NCBI RefSeq assembly: GCF_009834535.1 | Contig: NC_045697.1 | Location: 97,156,001 to 97,220,000 of the forward strand | Direction of reading: 5' to 3' | From: Camelus ferus | Taxonomy: Eukaryota | Length of the DNA: 64,000 nucleotides | In this document: positions 50,561 through 64,000 of the stretch, piece by piece | How the letters are laid out: every line of letters starts with the position of its first letter | How positions within the stretch are numbered: position 1 is the stretch's first letter | Position numbers and translations under genes: made by a program | Notes under the pieces: model-generated | The model's database searches: none | What the model was told of the DNA's origin: nothing | What the model saw: only the letters and a program-made list of their open reading frames with translations

Positions 50561-52424
50561 CATGATACAAGAAGGAAACGATTGGAACCTGACAAGGGGA
50601 TGGACTTTGGATATCAATTAATGGATACCTCAAATTTACAACCTTTCTATGATAGTAATTGAGTTATTAAAGTAATAGGAGACACTTACTGTTCCTGAAA
50701 ATCTTACATAATGCAAAAAATAGTTTAACACTACTTTCACTCATGTTATAAGCTGCCATCTTAGTTCAAATCTCTTCATGTATTTTTATTTCTCTCCTGT
50801 ATTTTCCTGGACTTCTTTATTTCCCGTTTTTCTCCTGTAGTTTTACCTGTCTCTTTATTCTACCACCTCACTTTCTTTTTATCACAGTGTGCTTTCTCCC
50901 TCCTCTCATTCTTCTCTGTAACTCTCCCAGAAATCTATATTTTAGGTAATTTAAATAAGTCAGTATTTTCTCCATATTTTAAAAAGTTAAGGTCTCTAAG
51001 AAAAAAATACTTATAAAGTATGATTTTAAAAATTAAGCAGTAATCTTTAATATTATAGCAACCTAATTATACAATATTAATTTTTAACCCATGCTCAGGT
51101 TTTCTATAAAAATTAATAAAAAGCTAAAAGCTTGTGAGCAGGACAAAACTATCAAAATAATCAATAGGAATAAATGTCCTTTTCTCCATATTTGGTTATT
51201 ACTTGGCCTATCATTTTTATCGTTTTTATCCACACCCATTAAATCTTAGAACTTTTCAAAGAAAAGAAGAAAGCACTTTACTTGAAATTTTCATTTTTAA
51301 TCCCAAATGTTGTTAGCAATGCAATTAACAAAAAAGCCAAAGAAATTCAGCTTTGCATATGAGCAGAGATAATTTCTTGAGCCACGATGTTCTACTAGAT
51401 TTTCAGAAATATACTTTTGTCTAAGGCATGATGAATCTGATGGCAATAAGAATCCATATCAGAACAATGTTAATACTTTTGATTCACATTTTCAATTTAA
51501 TTAAAATTCTTCCCTGTTTTAGATTGTTTTCCTTTCTATCTGAAGTTGAAGTTGAATCCCTTTATATCCTCTGCCTGTGGGCTCAAACTGATTTATGCAG
51601 TTGCTCTGGTAGACAGTTCAAAAACATGCTTTGAATAGTTTATTCCATTTTTGCTGTTTTAATTTAAATACATGCTTCAAAGATCAAGGGCAATCACCTC
51701 CTGAGGCCAATAGGAAAATTGTACAAGATTTCTTTCTAGTTCCCTCAGTAATTGTGGCACTACTAGACCTACTAACATGCCTAGTCTGAGTACTACATTT
51801 AAAGGCATATCTAACTGTTATGGAACAATTATAACTAGGAATGACATCAAACAAAGCTGAAAAGCACAGCCTGTGAGACATATTCTTCATAGAAATGAGA
51901 GCTCAGGCTTCAAAAAGCTTGCTGAAACTCTCAGACTCACACTCAAGTTCAATTGAAATGAAAATGCAAACATATTTTAATTTACAAATTGTATTGCCAG
52001 TTCTGTTGGTAGCAGAAAAGATTACAAAAATTAATTAAAAAGCAAAGAATCTGAAGGACATACCAGAGTATTAAATAGCATTCACTTTATAATTCTATGT
52101 GTAAAAAAGATATTTATTACTTAAACTCAAATCATAATCTTTGGAATCAAATATTTCTCCATGTTCAAAACATAATAATAAGAAATGTACAAAGATTGAT
52201 AAACTGTTTAATATGGTAAGTCTGAGGTGTTAATTTTGCCTGTCATGGAATATAGCAATTTGATATAAAGTATATTTCTCAGTGGCCAATAATATTGCAG
52301 TTAATTATGGACTCTTTAACACACACACACACACAAACACACACATACTAAACAAACGAACAGTTTTATTAGAGAACTACTCTACAAATTATATAGTGAA
52401 TTCCCCTACATCAAGTCCTTTGTT

Positions 52425-52960
52425 TATTAACCCTTGTAGGGTTTCCCTGTGCCAAGAACTCTTTTAAGCACTTTATGAATGCAGGCATACCTTGGGGATA
52501 TCACAGGTTCAAATTCCAGACAACCACAATAAACTGAATATTGCAATAAAGCAAGTAACCTGATTTTCCAGTTTCACAGTGCATATAAAATTTATGTTTA
52601 CACCACACTGTAGTCTATTAAGTGTGCAATAGCATTATGTCTAAAAAATGTACATACCTTAATTAAAAAATCCTTTATTGCTAAAAATTGCTAACCATTA
52701 TCTGACAATGCAGGGTTGCTACCAACCTTCAATTTTTAAAAACTGTTATATCTGCAAGATGCAATAAAACAAAGTGCAATAAAATGAGGTATGCCTATAC
52801 AAACATATTTAATATTCATAAAAGTCCTAAAGTTATGCACTATTAGTGCCACAGTTTTACGTAGGAGAAAACTGAGGCACAGAGGGGTTGAGTAACTTGC
52901 TCAAGGTGTCAAGTGTCAGACCCAGATTGTAAAAAGCTAAGATAGACTCAAGCCCAAGCA
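52425..52960 (-). mobile_element. MIR interrupted by a Tigger element
   Basis: Left part TGTGCCAAGAACTCTTTTAAGCACTTTA; right part GAAAACTGAGGCACAGAGGGGTTGAGTAACTTGCTCAAGGT. Confidence 0.8.
52482..52797 (-). mobile_element. non-autonomous Tigger1 deletion derivative (TcMar DNA transposon)
   Basis: Terminal inverted repeats CAGGCATACCT...AGGTATGCCTA, flanks TG/TA (TA target), both Tigger1 ends joined within 316 bp. Confidence 0.92.
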
Positions 52961-53149
52961 CTCTATGCAGTTTCCTTTAGTGACCATGTAAATTACTGCT
53001 GAAAGCAAGCAAGCTTAGGGTCACCATTCTCTACGTACTGTCTACATGTATCTATTTTGGATGATTAGACCTTTTCATCAAGGTACCTATCATCTATTTT
53101 TCTTCCTTCCTACCTTTCCCCTCACCATCTTCTTTCCTTCCTCCTTTAT

Positions 53150-54330
53150 TTCTTTCAATGCTGACTGAGCACCAGGCATTTTGCCAAGGCTCCGAGGAGA
53201 CAAAAACAAGCACACAAAATGCTTAAAACAAATACAGTGGACAACAAGCATACAGACTGTGTGATCTGTACACAGGTGCTCACATCATATTAAGAGGCAG
53301 ACAGGGTACAAAACCTTACCTGCTCTGATTGTAGGACCTTACTAGATTTCCTGAAAGTGACAACTAAAGGAGGCCTTGTAAAAGTTGTGATAATTCAGCA
53401 GCACGGGGCTGCAAAGCAAAGAGCAAGTGATACAAAGATGAGAGAACATGAACAGTTCTGAGAACTGCAAGAAGTGGATTATAAAGCCAGAACGTTAAGC
53501 AGGAATTAGAGTATTAAGTGACAAGTTGAGAAGGTAAGATTTTATTCTCCAGATTACACAAAACATTGAAGAATTTCAATTAGGGAAGTCTCTAAATTCT
53601 GTGAAGTAGTAAGATCGTCCTAGAAAATTCACCAAGTTAAACATGAGGAAATATTTAATCATTCACATGTGAAATTCTTAATGCCAGACTGATTGACCAG
53701 AGCAGGAGAATGAAGAAGAGAAGCCATATGGGGAAAACACCAAAAAAAAAAAAAAAAAAAAAAAAAGGTAATAAGCATAATTTAGGATGTTAAACGTTGA
53801 TGTCTAACTATGGGGTATTCAGGCAGTGATGCAGAGTGGGTATTTCAAATAGAAAAATATCAATTGCAGAAAATCCTAAACTGAAGGTAGACCTCTTGGA
53901 GTCTCTAGCTTATGGAGGATAGGTACAGTTACTAGAAATGGTAAAGCTTCTCAGAAAGATTGCATATAATGGAAAGAAAAAAGGACTAAAGATCTAGCAG
54001 CAGAATGCACTAAGATTTAAAGACTGAGTTTCATGTGAGAAACTCAGGAAGAAGACTGAGAATGTCTGGGTAGGTAAGAGGAAAATCAGAACAGATGGAG
54101 CCAGGGAAACCAAGAGGATAGAGAATTTTTAAAGCATGGAGAGTTAAATGCTTTCAAATGATACAGCAATAATAAATGAGAACAGACAATGTTAAATGAA
54201 TTTGGCAACAAAGATGTAATAAGCAACAGAAGCAAAAATAGTTTTGGTGACTTATTGGAGTGAAAGATAATGTAGCAATGTGGGTATCGAATGAGCAAAA
54301 AAGAGAAAAAGCAAGTATATGTTTTTTTCA
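53150..54330 (-). mobile_element. degenerate L2
   Basis: TGCTGACTGAGCACCAGGCATT..., GAGCCAGGGAAACCAAGAG..., GAATTTGGCAACAAAGATG; interrupted by an A-run at 53742-53766. Confidence 0.6.
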
Positions 54331-54934
54331 AAAAGGCTTAGCCACACAGTTTCTTGGCTTCATCACTCCAATAAAGTTTCTCCTCCATTCACATTCTTTC
54401 TTTCCCAAAGTATCACAGCCACAACTGAAATTTACCATTAAGGGAAATTTCTTCACACCCCCCAGCCACAGTGTACTACCCCACAACCTCTCTCACACAA
54501 TTTATCCAGCCTTCCACTCCTGCTCTCACTGCTTCTCAACTCTATAATGACCTTTCTCTGTAAATTCATAATCTCTCTATGTAACTCAGCATGATCAACC
54601 TATTAAATGATACTGCCTTAAGTACCATAGGATCCTTTTTTTTTTTTTCTGTGCATTAGTCAGGCTTGTGGGCCCACAAGTGACCAAAACTGAACTCCAA
54701 GTAGATTTAGAATGAAAGGAAATTTATTGGCTCGTGTAACTAAAAAGCCTATGGGATACCAGCTTTAGGCACAGCTGGACTCAGGTGATCAAACCATGCA
54801 TTCATGAACACATCTCTCCATTTCTTATCTCTGCTTTATTCCACCTTGCAGTAATTCTCAGGCAGATATTCTTAATATGTTGATGAGAAGGATGATTCCC
54901 AGAAGCTCCAGACCTACGTACTTGTCATGGCTTG

Positions 54935-56070
54935 TGTGATGCTGTGATTTTAAAAAGAAATATATATTTGGTCTCCACTATTCCTGGCACAGAGCTCCTA
55001 AAACCTGTGAAAATAAATAAAGGAAACATCATTTAAAACAGAGTCAGGAAACCCTGAAGGAGGATCTCTCACTCGCGTATCACTCACCATAGCTTGCAAA
55101 CCCCAGCAGGAGGAAAGATTTTCTGATCCAGCAACAAGCTGCCCACCGTCTGCAATCTACAGAGAACCACCACAGCCCTCCCTAATTTCCTTCTTTCCTC
55201 TAGAAAAGCAAACCCTTCTCCTCTGTTCTCTGAACTTAACTGTGGTTCCCCATAGTTCACTTGTCCTGAATTGCAGTTCTCTGCTATTCTCAAATAAATT
55301 CAGTTTGAATTTGCTGGTAAAATAACTGGCTCTTTTGTTTTTTAGAGGTCAACCTTGGAGTTTCTTAAGTGAGGAGAGAGCAAAGAAGATATCTTTTGTT
55401 AAGTTAATGAGGAGACTGTTGGAAAGCCATGGTTACCAGGAGAACCAGCCCTATGATTAGACAGTCAGAACTTTCAGTCCCACCCTCTGACCTCTGAGGA
55501 GGACAAAAGGGGCTGGAGGTTGAATTCAATCATCAGCGGCCAATCATTTCATCAATCATGCCTACGTAAGGGAGCCTCCACTAAAAACCCAAAAGGACAG
55601 GGTTTGGAGAACCCCTAGAGTTGGCAAACACATGGAGATTCAGGGAAAATAATGTGCTCAGACAGGGCATGGAAGCCCCAAGCCCTTTCCTCATACCTCA
55701 CCTTATGTATCTCTTCCATCTGGCTATTCCTGAGTCATATCCTTTCATTATAAACTGATAGTCTAGTAAGTAAAATGTTTCTCTGAGTTCTGTGAGCCAC
55801 TCTAGTAAATTAATCGAACCCAAGGAGGAGGTCTTTGGAACCTCCAGTCTATAGCCAGTCAATCAGAAGCACACTCCTGTGTTTACAATTGGTGTCTGAA
55901 GTTAGGTGGTGGTAGAGTCTTGTAGGAGTGAAACCCTAACCTGTGGGGTCTGGTGCTGTCTGCCAGTATAGTGTCAGAATTGAATGAAGTTGTAGGAGAT
56001 CCAGCTGGTGTTGCAGAGAATTGCTTGCTAGTGTGGGGAAAAACATCTAAACACATTGGAATTGTGATCA
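54935..56070 (+). mobile_element. MER21-like LTR (itself interrupted)
   Basis: TGTGATGCTGTGATTTTAAAAAGAAATATATATTTGGTCT...TTCCTGGCACAGAGCTCCTAAAACC | ...CTTTCAGTCCCACCCTCTGACCTC...GTGTCAGAATTGAAT. Confidence 0.85.
55006..55350 (+). mobile_element. ERV1-type solo LTR nested in MER21
   Basis: Starts TGTGAAAA; shares AATTGCAGTTCT.TGCT...CAAATAAA with the LTR at 21209; flanked by AACC (55002-55005 / 55351-55354). Confidence 0.85.
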
Positions 56071-57454
56071 AAATTGCTTTTTATTAAGATTTTGATGGGC
56101 CCACTAGCCAATTCTTGAAGTTAGGGAAAAGGAAAGAGAAGCTTCGTTAAAAAAAAAAAACAAAAAGGGAGGGATGCCATCTGGAAAATAAAACTAAATA
56201 AGGCTAATGTCCACAGCAAAACACCAACCATACTTCCCTGCTTGCCTTTTCAATCCATAAAACTGATTTCTTTCGCTAATGTAGGATATTGAAAAACTCA
56301 TGGGTTTGAATCATTTACCTGGCAAGAATTAACTTGACAACCTATGTTCTGTCAGGCATCTGTCATACAATATGCTAGCCTGCTATAAATCTCCATGGAA
56401 ACCCACTAGGACCTAGCGCTTAAAGCAGTCATTCCCAGTCCCCCAAACTCATGATCATGTCCAGGGAAAGGCTGGCCTTTGCCAACATGAACACTGGTAT
56501 GAGGCATTCTGCCACTACCTTGCTATGTCATGAAGCTGCAACTATAAGGCTTGGAATACGCTTCTTAATGGCACCAAGGAATGAGCTGGTTCTCTCACAC
56601 ATGATTCATAACTACAAATGTTGAATGGGCAGGAGAGGGCTGGAGCAAAGGTTCTGTTAAGCTGCAGTACCTGAGTGGTGATCAAGCCATTGGAGGAGCC
56701 AATGTTTCTTTAATCATACAATTTACAAACCCCAGAACCCAGGGTCGTGTTTCCTCTCCCAGAGTCTGAAGCCTGAATCTTCTGGGCTTTTATGCACAGA
56801 CCTGTAATGGACAATAGATAATGAAGGACCTGCACCCCAGTTTTTAAACTCTGTGCTGAGTCTTCCTTGAGAAACTTTCCTCCTGCAAACCTGCTGTGAG
56901 TGTTGTCTTATATTTGATTTTGTCCTGTGGCAGAATATCTATTTCATATCAAAGTCATTCTTTTTCTTTGGGAAAATTACTTACCCAAATGTATCCTTGA
57001 TTACAGAGCAAAAGATCATTTTATAAGAGCTTAATCATTCATTTCCTCTTGTATTGTAAAATTTCCTGTATTTACCCACTTTCAACTAATTTTCCAAGAT
57101 CTTACATGAAGAAATCTACTTTTTCCTTTTCAGACTTAAATCTCACACCTATGCCCCTTGTCACATACTTGCTACAACAGAAAACTTTCTTACATGTTTT
57201 CTTTTTTGGTTTATGTTTACAACATATATTATTACTTATTATTAATGTTATTATTTTTATAACACACAAAAAGTCACAAAATTTAAGCGATCCTATGAAA
57301 TAGCCAGAGTAAAAATCCAAATAACGAAAACCAAGCTTAAAAAAATGCAACAATACATAAATCAAAAAACCCCCCTAATTCCTTTCCTCAATCATTGGAC
57401 TGTCTCACCACTCCACTGGAAAACTCCTTTCCCTTCTTAGTAATCATTTCATTT

Positions 57455-58945
57455 CTACTGGTTTTCTAGTCTCTATATCATTTATTTCTGCTCTGATCTT
57501 TATAATTTTCTTCCTTCTATTAACTTTGGGCTCTTTTTGTCCTTCCTTTTCTAGTTTCTTTAGTTGTAAAATTAGATTTGAGATTTTTCTTATTTTCTGA
57601 GGTAGGGTTGTGTTGCTATAAACTTCTCTTAGAACTATTTTTGTCGCATCTCATAGATTTTGGAATGATGTGTTTCTATTTTGTTTGTCTCAGGTATTTT
57701 TAATTTATTTTTTGACTTCTTCAGTGACCCCCTTGGTTGTTAAGTAGCATGTTGGTTAGCCTCCATTTGTTTGTTTGTCTTCCAGTTTTCTTCTTGTAAT
57801 CAATTTCTAGTTTCATACTGTTACTATTGGAGAAGATGATTGATATGTTTTCAATCTTTTTTATATTTATTGAAACTTATTTTGTGGCATAATATGTAAT
57901 CCTGGAGAATATTCCATACACACTTGAAAAGATATGTATTTGCTATTTTTAGGTGGGATGTTCTGCTTATATCTATTAAGTCCTCTGATGTAGAGTGTCA
58001 TTTAGGGTTAAACCAAGATCTTACAGATTTTCTATCTGGGTGCTCTGTCTATTACTGTAAGTGAGATGTTAAAGTCCCCTACTGTTACTATATTCTATGT
58101 CAATTTATCTCTTTATGTTCATTAATATTTGCTTTATGCATTTAGGTGATCCTATGTGGGTGTGTAAATATTTACAATATTTATAGTTATATACATAGAT
58201 GTTTATAATTACATACTCTTTTTGGATTGATCCCTTTTTCTTATGTGATAGCTGCATTTTTTGTTATTATCTTTGTTTTAAAGTCTATCTTGTCTAAGTA
58301 TTTCTACCCCAGCTTTCTTTTTATTTCCATTTGCACAGTGTATCTTTTTCCTTCCTTTTGCTTTCCATCTGTGTGTCTTTAGTTCTAAAGTGAATCTCTT
58401 GTAGGCATAGGTCTTGAAACAAGACCCATCTAAATGATGCCTACAGAAGTCTTGCTATCCTGTGATGTTTAATTCAAGCTTTTAGTCCATTTATATTAAA
58501 GTAATTATTGACAGATTTGTACTTATTGCCTTTTGTAAATTGTTTTCTGGTTGTTTTGTAGTTCTCTGTTTTCTTCTCTTGTTCTCTTCTACTGTGATTT
58601 GATAAATTTTGTAAGTGTTATGTTTGTATTTCTTCCTCTTTATATTTGTGTATCTGTTATAGATTTTTGGTTTGTGGTTATCATGAGGTTAATGTAGAAC
58701 AACCTATGTATATAGGAGTCTAGATAGTCACTTAAATTTGAGTACATTTTAAAAGCACTACATTTTTTATATAGGGCTCCCCATTTTTTAATGTTTTTGA
58801 TGTCATACTTACATCTTTTTAATTTTTTTCTATTGCTTAGTAAATTGTAGATACAAATGATTTTTACTACTGTTATCTTTTAACCTTCATATCTGATTGA
58901 CCCACTACCTTTACTATGTATTTGTCTTTACTAGTAAAACATTTT
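57455..58945 (-). mobile_element. old L1 ORF2 5' (endonuclease) and inter-ORF region
   Basis: TTTATTTCTGCTCTGATCTTTAT...CCTGGAGAATATTCCAT...GTTAAAGTCCCCTACT...TAAAGTGAATCTCTTGTAGGCA. Confidence 0.88.
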
Positions 58946-58989
58946 CTGTGGACAAGATCTTCCTACTCTGCCGTCTTAATCTGGATCTC

Positions 58990-61370
58990 TCAACATCATC
59001 TTCTTCAGATTCATCCATGTGGTTGCAAGTAGCTGTAATTAATTTCCTTTCATTTCATTTTTGTATAGTAACCCATGGGTAATGCAAAAGACCAATGCTA
59101 CATTCTCATACTTATCACTTAGTGCATATGTATATGAATTTCTGTGGGTCATAATCGTAGGAATGAAATTGCCAGGCCCATCTTCAACTCTAGTAGATAA
59201 TACGAAATAGTTTTCCAAAACAGTTGTAACAGTTTTCATTCCCACTTTCAGGTTATTAGAGTTTCTGTTACCACATGTCTTACCACTGGTATTGTCAGTC
59301 TTTCTAAAATTTATCCATTCTGGTGGTAGTGGTAGTACATTGTAGTTTCAAATTGCATTACCTTGATTTTCATTCAAGTTGAAAACTCTGTATTATATTT
59401 ATTAGGCATTTATAGATCCTCCTAAGAGGTTGCCTGTTTTTCTCTTATTGGTTTTAGCAGTTTCTTGTGTATTCTGGATTGACCATTTTGTTAGTTGCAA
59501 ATATTTTCACCCCACCTGAAGCTCCTTTTGCACTCTCTTAGTAGTCATTACTGTGTTTTGCTAACCAACTTTGATTAAGATGGATCACTTACATTAAAAG
59601 TAGTTTATACCCAAAGGAAATGTAAAATATTTTAAGCACCAGTTAACTAATATATACCAAAGAAACTAGTCACTCTCCAGGAGACACAATATTTAAATAT
59701 AAATATATTTGAGTTAAACATAGACACATAAACACACACACAAATCATCAGAGTTTATTGATTAAACAATTGTGTTACCAATTTCAAGTTGAAGAAATAA
59801 AAATTAGCAATCCAGAAGCCTCTCTCTTGTTCTTTCCTAATTATAAGCCTTTCTTCCTCTTTAATTTCTACCCTGACTTCTAAAACTAAAGTATAGCTTT
59901 GTGAGGTTTTGAACTTTAATTACATAGAATCATTCAAATGTGCTATTTTTTCTCACCCAATTTTATATTTGTCAGATTTATCCATGTTAATACATATAAC
60001 AATAGTGCCTCATTTTTGTTGCTGTATAATGTTTCACTGTGTAGTAATATGGGCCATGCTTTATTTACTCTTTCTCTTCTTGCTATGCATTTAAGTTATT
60101 TTTAGTTTGAGGTGTTAAAAAATTCAACTGAGTAAATCTGAAGACTTAATTGGCTTTTTCCAGCTATTTACAAATCGAGAAGCATCCCATCCAGAAAACA
60201 GAAAAATGCTTTTTAGAACATTTTGGATAGAACAAGGAAGTCATAAACAAAAGAAAGGTATTTTTTCAGGTAAGGTCCCCTTTCATTGTGGGAAGGCAGG
60301 GCTCTATCAGGCAGATTACCTCACTAGTGCTGGCCAGGAGATTTTGGACAAATTGGTTAAGATTACATTCCTAGGAGAGGCTGAAACTGCAATCAGGTTA
60401 GGTATTAAATCTTGGTTTGCTGACCCGGGGTTTAGCACAAGTGACCCCATTTTGGCTCTGTTGTCTCTTTTTCAACAGGGGCTATGCTAAGTAATGCTGC
60501 TATGAACATTCATTATTCATGAGCATCTCACAAACACAGGGAATTCTGTTGGATATACACTTAGGTGTGGAATTTTAGATTCCTAGGGTATTCATATTCC
60601 AACTTTTGCTGAAAATGCCAATCAGATTCTGAAAATGATTGCATCAATGTGTATTTCCTTCAGCACTGTGTAAAGGTTTCATGTGTTCCACATCCTCATC
60701 AACACTTGGTATAATCAGTCTTTCATTTTAGCTATTCTTATTGGTATATAGTGACATCTATTTGTGACATTAATTTTCATTTACCAGATGAGGCTAAACA
60801 TATTTCTGTAAAATTATTAACCATTTGGATATTCAATTTTCTTAAAATAAATGTTAAGTTTATTTGTCAAATTTTCTACTTTTTTATGGATTTGTAGGGA
60901 TTATCTATATACATTTTGAATATAAGACCTTTTAATTAATTGAAAATTTAAAATTTTTATTTGTATATAAGCTAGAGAAATCTTTTTCCACTGTCTTAAT
61001 TTTCTTTATTTTTACTCTGCTAATAATGCCTTCTGATGAAAGAAAAAAAAGCCTTAAATTTGATATGATTCAGTTCATTAATTATTTCCTTTATGTTTAG
61101 TACTTTATATATTCTGTTTCAGAAATCTTTCTCAACCATAATTGCATGATGGTGTACTCCTGTCTTATCTTCCAGGAGCATTTTGCTTTGCCTTTTTGTA
61201 TTTAGATCTACAAAATGCCTGAAATTGAATTTTGTGTATGGTGGGAGGTAGGGGTCAAATTTCTTTTTTTTCCAAATATATACTGGACTGACTCAGTACC
61301 ATTTAATAAAAATAGCATCTTTCCTTACTGCTTTTACATTGCCATTTTTGTTATAAATCATTCATCCAAT
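58990..61370 (-). mobile_element. old L1ME/MC-type 3' fragments
   Basis: AATGCTGCTATGAACATTC, CCACATCCTCATCAACACTTGGTAT, GAATTTTGTGTATGGTGGGAGGTAGGGGTC. Confidence 0.75.
60113..60477 (-). mobile_element. ERV1-type solo LTR inserted in an old L1
   Basis: Inverted termini TGTTAAAAAA...TTTTTCAACA, TSD GAGG/GGGG; the host L1 phrase AGTTTG(G)GG|CTATG...AATGCTGCTATGAAC rejoins across it. Strand tentative. Confidence 0.82.
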
Positions 61371-61473
61371 TGACTTCTGACTTCCACTTTTCATGTTAAA
61401 AAATCAAGGAATAACTGAATCATTGCTGTGTAACAATGTATTTTTCATCCCACATGCTTTAGAAGTGTATCTC

Positions 61474-62520
61474 ACCAACAGTGTAGGTGGGTTCCCTTTT
61501 CTCCACAGCCTCTCCATCATTTATTGTTTGTGAACTTTTGAATGATGGCCATTCTGACTGGTGTGAAGTGATACCTCATTATAGTTTTGATTTGCATTTC
61601 TCTGATAATTAGTGATATTGAGCATTTTTTCATGTGCCTATTGGCCGTTTGTATGTCTTCATTGGAGAATTGGTTGTTTAGGTCTTCTGCCCATTTTTGG
61701 TTTGGGTTGGTTGGTTGGTTGTTTTTCTTAGTATGTTGTGTGACCTGTTTATATATTCTGGAGATTAAGTCCTTGTCAGTCTCATCTTTTGGAAATATTT
61801 TTTCCCATTCTGTAGGCTGTCTTTTTTGTTTTGCTTATAGGTATGAAAAACAGTATGGAGACTCCTCAAAAGACTGAAAATAGACTTACCATATGATCCA
61901 GCGATCATACTCCTGGGCATATATCCAGAGGGAACCTTAATTCAAAAAGATACATACATCCCAATGTTCATAACAGCACTATTTACAATAGCCAAGACAT
62001 GGAAACAACCTAAATGTCCATTGACAGATGACTGGATAAACAAGCTGTGGTACATTTATACAATGGAATACTACTCAGCCATAAAAAATAATACAATAAT
62101 GCCATTTGCAGCAATATGGTTGGACCTGGAGAATGTCATTCTAAGCGAAGTAAGCCAGAAAGATATGATATCACTTATATGTGGAATCTAAGAAAAAGAT
62201 AAACAAACTTATTTACAAAACAGAAACAGACTCACAGACATAGAGAACAAATTTATGGTTACCAGTGGGACAAGGGGGTGGGAAGGAATAAATTGGGAGT
62301 TTGAGATTTGCAGATAACCAACTACTATATATAAAATAAACAAGTTTATACTGTATAGCGCAGGAAACTATATTCAATATCTTGTAGTAACATGGTGAAA
62401 ATGAATATGAAAATGAATATATGTATGTTCCTGTATGACTGAAGTATTGTGCTGTACACCAGAAATTGACACAACACTGTAAACTGACTATACTTTAATA
62501 AAAATACATAAAAAAGGAAA
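61474..62520 (+). mobile_element. young 5'-truncated L1 with 5' inversion (inverted 61474-61840; sense 61841-62520)
   Basis: ORF2 C-terminus ([19 protein letters not shown]...) with 3' UTR and A tail on plus, and the preceding ORF2 segment inverted. TSD AGAAGTGTATCTC (61461-61473) / AAAAGTATATCTC (62521-62533). Confidence 0.93.
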
Positions 62521-64000
62521 AAAAGTATATCTCTTTGTCCTTAATTTTCACTAGTGTTACTATAATGTCTATGTATAGATTTTTTTTATTTGTCCTGATA
62601 TGATTTTGTGTCTTTCTTTACAATTGGGAAATTCTGAACCATTATATTTTCAGTTATTGTTTCTTCATTCTACCTTTCCTCTATATGAGGTTACATACAT
62701 AGTAGATCATGTCACTGATTCTCCTGTTTCTTACTTGCTATTCTGTTTTATTCATTATTTTTTTCTATGCTTTTTTCTGAATATCTTGTTGTGATGTAAC
62801 TTTCAATTCACTAATTCTTACTTCATCTGTTTCTCATTTACTGTTAAATGCTCATTTCATTTCAATATATTATTTTAGTTTTATTTCAAATATTTTAATC
62901 AATCTTCCATGTCATTTTTTGTGTTTTCCATTTTTTGATAAATTCTTAATCTTATTTTTTATGCCCTTGAAGAATAGAAGCTTACTTATTTAAAAATCGG
63001 ATAGAAAACTCTAATATCTCAGGCCTCTGGTTTTAATTACTGTTGTTTTTGCTGGTTCTCCTCATATTTTCTTCCTTTTTTTTTACTGTATCTGGCTGTT
63101 TTGTATAGTGTGCCAGGATTTCTATTTGAAAGTTTGTTAAAATATTTCAGGGCTAGGATAATTCCATCTTCCTCCAGAAAAGATTGCTTTTGCTGATATT
63201 TGAGTAGTAGAAATCTTGGATCACCCTTCTTCAATTTTAAGGTAAAGATTCTAACCATCTCAAACCAAAGTATAAAGAATTTCCATACCAATCTTCTCCC
63301 TTCCCCTGCTTGGTATGCCCTAATCTTCAACTTGGTCAATTTAAGCCTGAGATGCTTCCAGAATTGCCACTTAGTCTTTCAGCTTCTTGTCTGTTTCTTC
63401 TGGTGTCAGCTAATACGTCCAGGTGAAAGTGCCTCCAGATAAATTGTTGTATCTAATTTCTCTAGATTATTTCTTTTCCATGATTTTCATCAGATAATTC
63501 CTCTTTTGTTTATTGGATCCCCAGTGCTTTGAAGAAAAATAAAAAACATAAATATTTTCAAGATTTTCTGTTTACCTAATGAGAAACACTGACTTAGATT
63601 TATAAGACCACCATTAATGGAAGTAAAGAAACTCCACTCTGGTCTTTTTTTTTTTTTTTTCTGGTTGTTGGGGGGGGGTGTCATTAACAACAATAAAAAA
63701 AAATCCGTCCTCACTGAAATGATCTGTTCTTCCTAGTGGAATATTAAATTTCTTAAAAACTAAAACATTCTCCAGGTAAACTTACCTTTTTAAAAAAAAT
63801 AATCAATGCTAAACTTAATAGAAGAGCAGTATTTACTCATAATCATCACTTTCCTATGAAACATTTACTTTCTCAACTGTTATGATACTGGTTTTGATCT
63901 ATATACATTCAATGAGTACCTAACATTTACCCACTCTACAAAAAATTGATCTCTGGTAGATAACTGAATTTCTTCACCTAATTGGTAATTCAAAACCCAT

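Larger units (their letters stand above)
54650..56215 (-). mobile_element. MLT1-type MaLR LTR split by a MER21-like LTR
   Basis: GGAAATTTATTGGCTCGTGTAACTAAAAAG...CTTTAGGCACAGCTGGACTCAGG (54650-54934); a weaker continuation at about 56075-56215. Confidence 0.7.

Noticed and set aside
1..64000. CRISPR arrays, tRNA/rRNA genes, prokaryotic-type systems, intact ERV coding genes
   Set aside because: None seen; the sequence is mammalian, with solo LTRs only and no regularly spaced repeat-spacer structure.

Overview
AT-rich, repeat-dense mammalian genomic DNA. The young L1 3' ends are of cetartiodactyl type and I see no lineage-specific tRNA SINE, which suggests a camelid (inference). No intact protein-coding gene is evident; the ORF track is almost all chance ORFs or L1 ORF2 debris. 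Much of the window is L1, L2, MIR, ERV1/MaLR/ERVL solo LTRs and DNA-transposon relics, including two twin-primed (5'-inverted) L1s and a three-level nested LTR. Two things stand out in the unique sequence. (1) A chain of decayed plus-strand exon-like blocks at about 5.8-23.5 kb has several phase-compatible splice junctions, and their broken reading frames give collinear RGS-domain motifs resembling RGS22/RGSL1. This is a candidate intron-containing (unitary) pseudogene of a lost family member. (2) A 143-bp CpG micro-island at 17238-17380, carrying an NRF1-like site, a perfect TCTCGCGAGA palindrome, four more TCTCGCG half-sites and (CG)7, lies inside that fossil and looks like the promoter of an antisense spliced transcript. 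Repeat family names and protein similarities are recognised by eye from memory, not from database searches, and old-repeat boundaries are approximate.
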